From Thermoplasmata archaeon (GTDB lineage Archaea; Thermoplasmatota; SW-10-69-26; JACQPN01; JAJPHT01), in NCBI GenBank assembly GCA_034667685.1, contig JAXDQU010000034.1, positions 1-64,000 on the forward strand: a stretch of 64,000 nucleotides of DNA, read 5' to 3'. Below the pieces are notes generated by a model. That model saw only the letters and a program-made list of their open reading frames with translations, made no database searches and was not told where the DNA came from. Every line of letters starts with the position of its first letter. The stretch's first letter is position 1. The position numbers were made by a program, and so were the translations under genes. Shown piece by piece: positions 62,580 to 64,000 of the stretch.

Positions 62580-64000
62580 GGGCCCACCCCGTACTCGGGC
62601 CAGCGCTTGTCCACGAGCGCCTTCGTGGCCTCGTCCATGCGGATGATGGGCGGCCAGGGGCGCGCGTCCTCGTCGACGCGCTTGACCGTGCCGTCGACGC
62701 CGACGCGGACGCCCTCGCGCAGCACGTCGCGCGCCGGGTCGAGGTTGGCGCTCGCGTGGAAGAGCGCCGCGCGCGCGTCGCGCACGTCCACGTCCGCATC
62801 CAGCGCCACGAGCGCAACGGCTTCGGGCACGCCGGCGCCCCAAAGGGCGCGCATCGCGTCGCGCGCCCGCCCGCGAGGACCCTTGCGGATCGACGCGAGC
62901 GCGAGGCGCGGCGAGACCTGGCGCGCGTCCACGAGGTCGGGCACCTTCGCCCGGAGCGCGTCGAGCGGCGGGAGCGGGCCGCCCGCGGGCGTGGCGCGGG
63001 CGGGTTCGGCGCCGATCGGCGTCGTGAGGTCGATGCCGAGGTGGCTGCCCAGGTCGGGGCGCGGCGCCGCGTGGTCGAGCGTGTCCGTGGGCACCTGGTC
63101 GACGATCAGCAGGTCGCGCGGCGGGTCGAAACGCGCGAAGGCCGCGAGCAGCGCCGCAGGGTCGTGGACGTCCACGTCCTCGTCGACGATCACGAGCGCC
63201 TTCTCCAGCGAGATCATGCCCGCGCCCCAGAGGCTCATCATCGCCTTGCGTGCGTGGCCGGGATATCGTTTCCGGATGCTGACGATCATCAGGTTGTGGA
63301 ACGCGGCCTCGACGGGCATGCTCCAGTCCACGACCTCGGGCACCTGGAAGCGCGCCAGCTCCAGGAACATGCGCTCCGTGGCCTTGCCCATCGGGCCGTC
63401 CTCCTGGGGCGGAATGCCCACGACCGTCGTCGGATAGATCGCGTCGCGCCGGCGCGTGACCGCCGTGACGTGGAAGACCGGGAACTCGTCCGCGAGCGAG
63501 TAATAGCCGGTGTGGTCGCCGAAGGGGCCTTCGGTGCGCAAGGGCTCCGCGGGATCGACGTACCCTTCGAGCACGATCTCCGCGTCGGCGGGGACTTCGA
63601 GGTCCACCGTCTTGCACTTGACCATGCGCATGCGCTCGCGGCGGATGTAGCCGCAGAGCATCACCTCGTCGAAGCCCGGCGGAAGCGGCGCCGTCGCGCC
63701 ATACGTCAGCGCCGGGTCGCCGCCCAGCGCCACCGCCACGGGAAGCCTGACACCCAACTTCTTCGCCTTGCGGAAGTGCTCCGCGCCGTGCTTGTGCGTC
63801 TGCCAATGCATGCCCGTCTCGCGCGGCCCGAAGACCTGCATCCGGTACATGCCCATGTTGCGCTCGCCCGTTTCCGGATCGCGCGTGTAGACCTGCGGCA
63901 GCGTGATGAACGGCCCCGCGTCGAGCGGCCAGCACGTGAGCACCGGCAGCCGCGTGAGATCAACGGCGTCGCCCGTCTCGACGATCTGCTGGCACGCCGC
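62576..64000 (-). CDS. UbiD-family decarboxylase (menaquinone-pathway type), 5'-truncated by the window edge
   Basis: WPLDAGPFIT, NMGMYRMQ, EGPFGDHTGYY, PPQED, DTLDH; frame open to the window end. Confidence 0.9.
   Translation of the reverse strand, partial: AACQQIVETGDAVDLTRLPVLTCWPLDAGPFITLPQVYTRDPETGERNMGMYRMQVFGPRETGMHWQTHKHGAEHFRKAKKLGVRLPVAVALGGDPALTYGATAPLPPGFDEVMLCGYIRRERMRMVKCKTVDLEVPADAEIVLEGYVDPAEPLRTEGPFGDHTGYYSLADEFPVFHVTAVTRRRDAIYPTTVVGIPPQEDGPMGKATERMFLELARFQVPEVVDWSMPVEAAFHNLMIVSIRKRYPGHARKAMMSLWGAGMISLEKALVIVDEDVDVHDPAALLAAFARFDPPRDLLIVDQVPTDTLDHAAPRPDLGSHLGIDLTTPIGAEPARATPAGGPLPPLDALRAKVPDLVDARQVSPRLALASIRKGPRGRARDAMRALWGAGVPEAVALVALDADVDVRDARAALFHASANLDPARDVLREGVRVGVDGTVKRVDEDARPWPPIIRMDEATKALVDKRWPEYGVGP

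Noticed and set aside
1-64000. Bacterial origin of the contig (gpsA, plsC, desaturase, mutY, proAB)
   Set aside because: Archaeal markers (artA, FEN1-like, TrmB, S26B, CdpB-like PRC barrel, TATA-like boxes) are interspersed with similar composition; chimerism cannot be fully excluded without read data.

Overview
Very GC-rich (roughly 70-73% by eye) archaeal chromosome segment, most likely Thermoplasmatota. This is inferred from archaeosortase A, a FEN1-like nuclease, TrmB, an S26B signal peptidase, a CdpB-like PRC barrel, pyrB-pyrI, and TATA-like YTTATC boxes about 25-30 nt before start codons. It holds about 70 tightly packed genes: housekeeping and metabolic genes (pyrBI, proAB, mutY, pepF, serA-like, UbiD-like), a membrane/lipid-anchoring cluster (nfeD-SPFH-artA-psd-pssA), bacterial-type lipid genes (gpsA-plsC, a delta-9 desaturase), possible defence genes (KAP NTPase, Mrr-type nuclease, NYN RNase) and many secreted proteins. 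No rRNA, tRNA, CRISPR or transposase was seen. The best candidate for a new system is a two-gene operon: a secreted subtilase carrying 16 synonymously diversified TGWDG pentapeptide repeats at its propeptide/mature junction, followed 7 nt later by a multi-TM sensor histidine kinase (hypothesis: self-processed peptide signalling). Other notable signals are a strongly over-represented palindromic octamer TGATATCA/TGNTATCA written into coding DNA with rare codons, a dispersed set of small secreted Cys-rich peptides, several families of intergenic palindromes built from tandem repeats, a PHD-finger-like gene coupled to a Regnase-like NYN RNase, and tandem RHH and Zn-finger microprotein pairs. All calls come from manual motif reading; no database searches were run.
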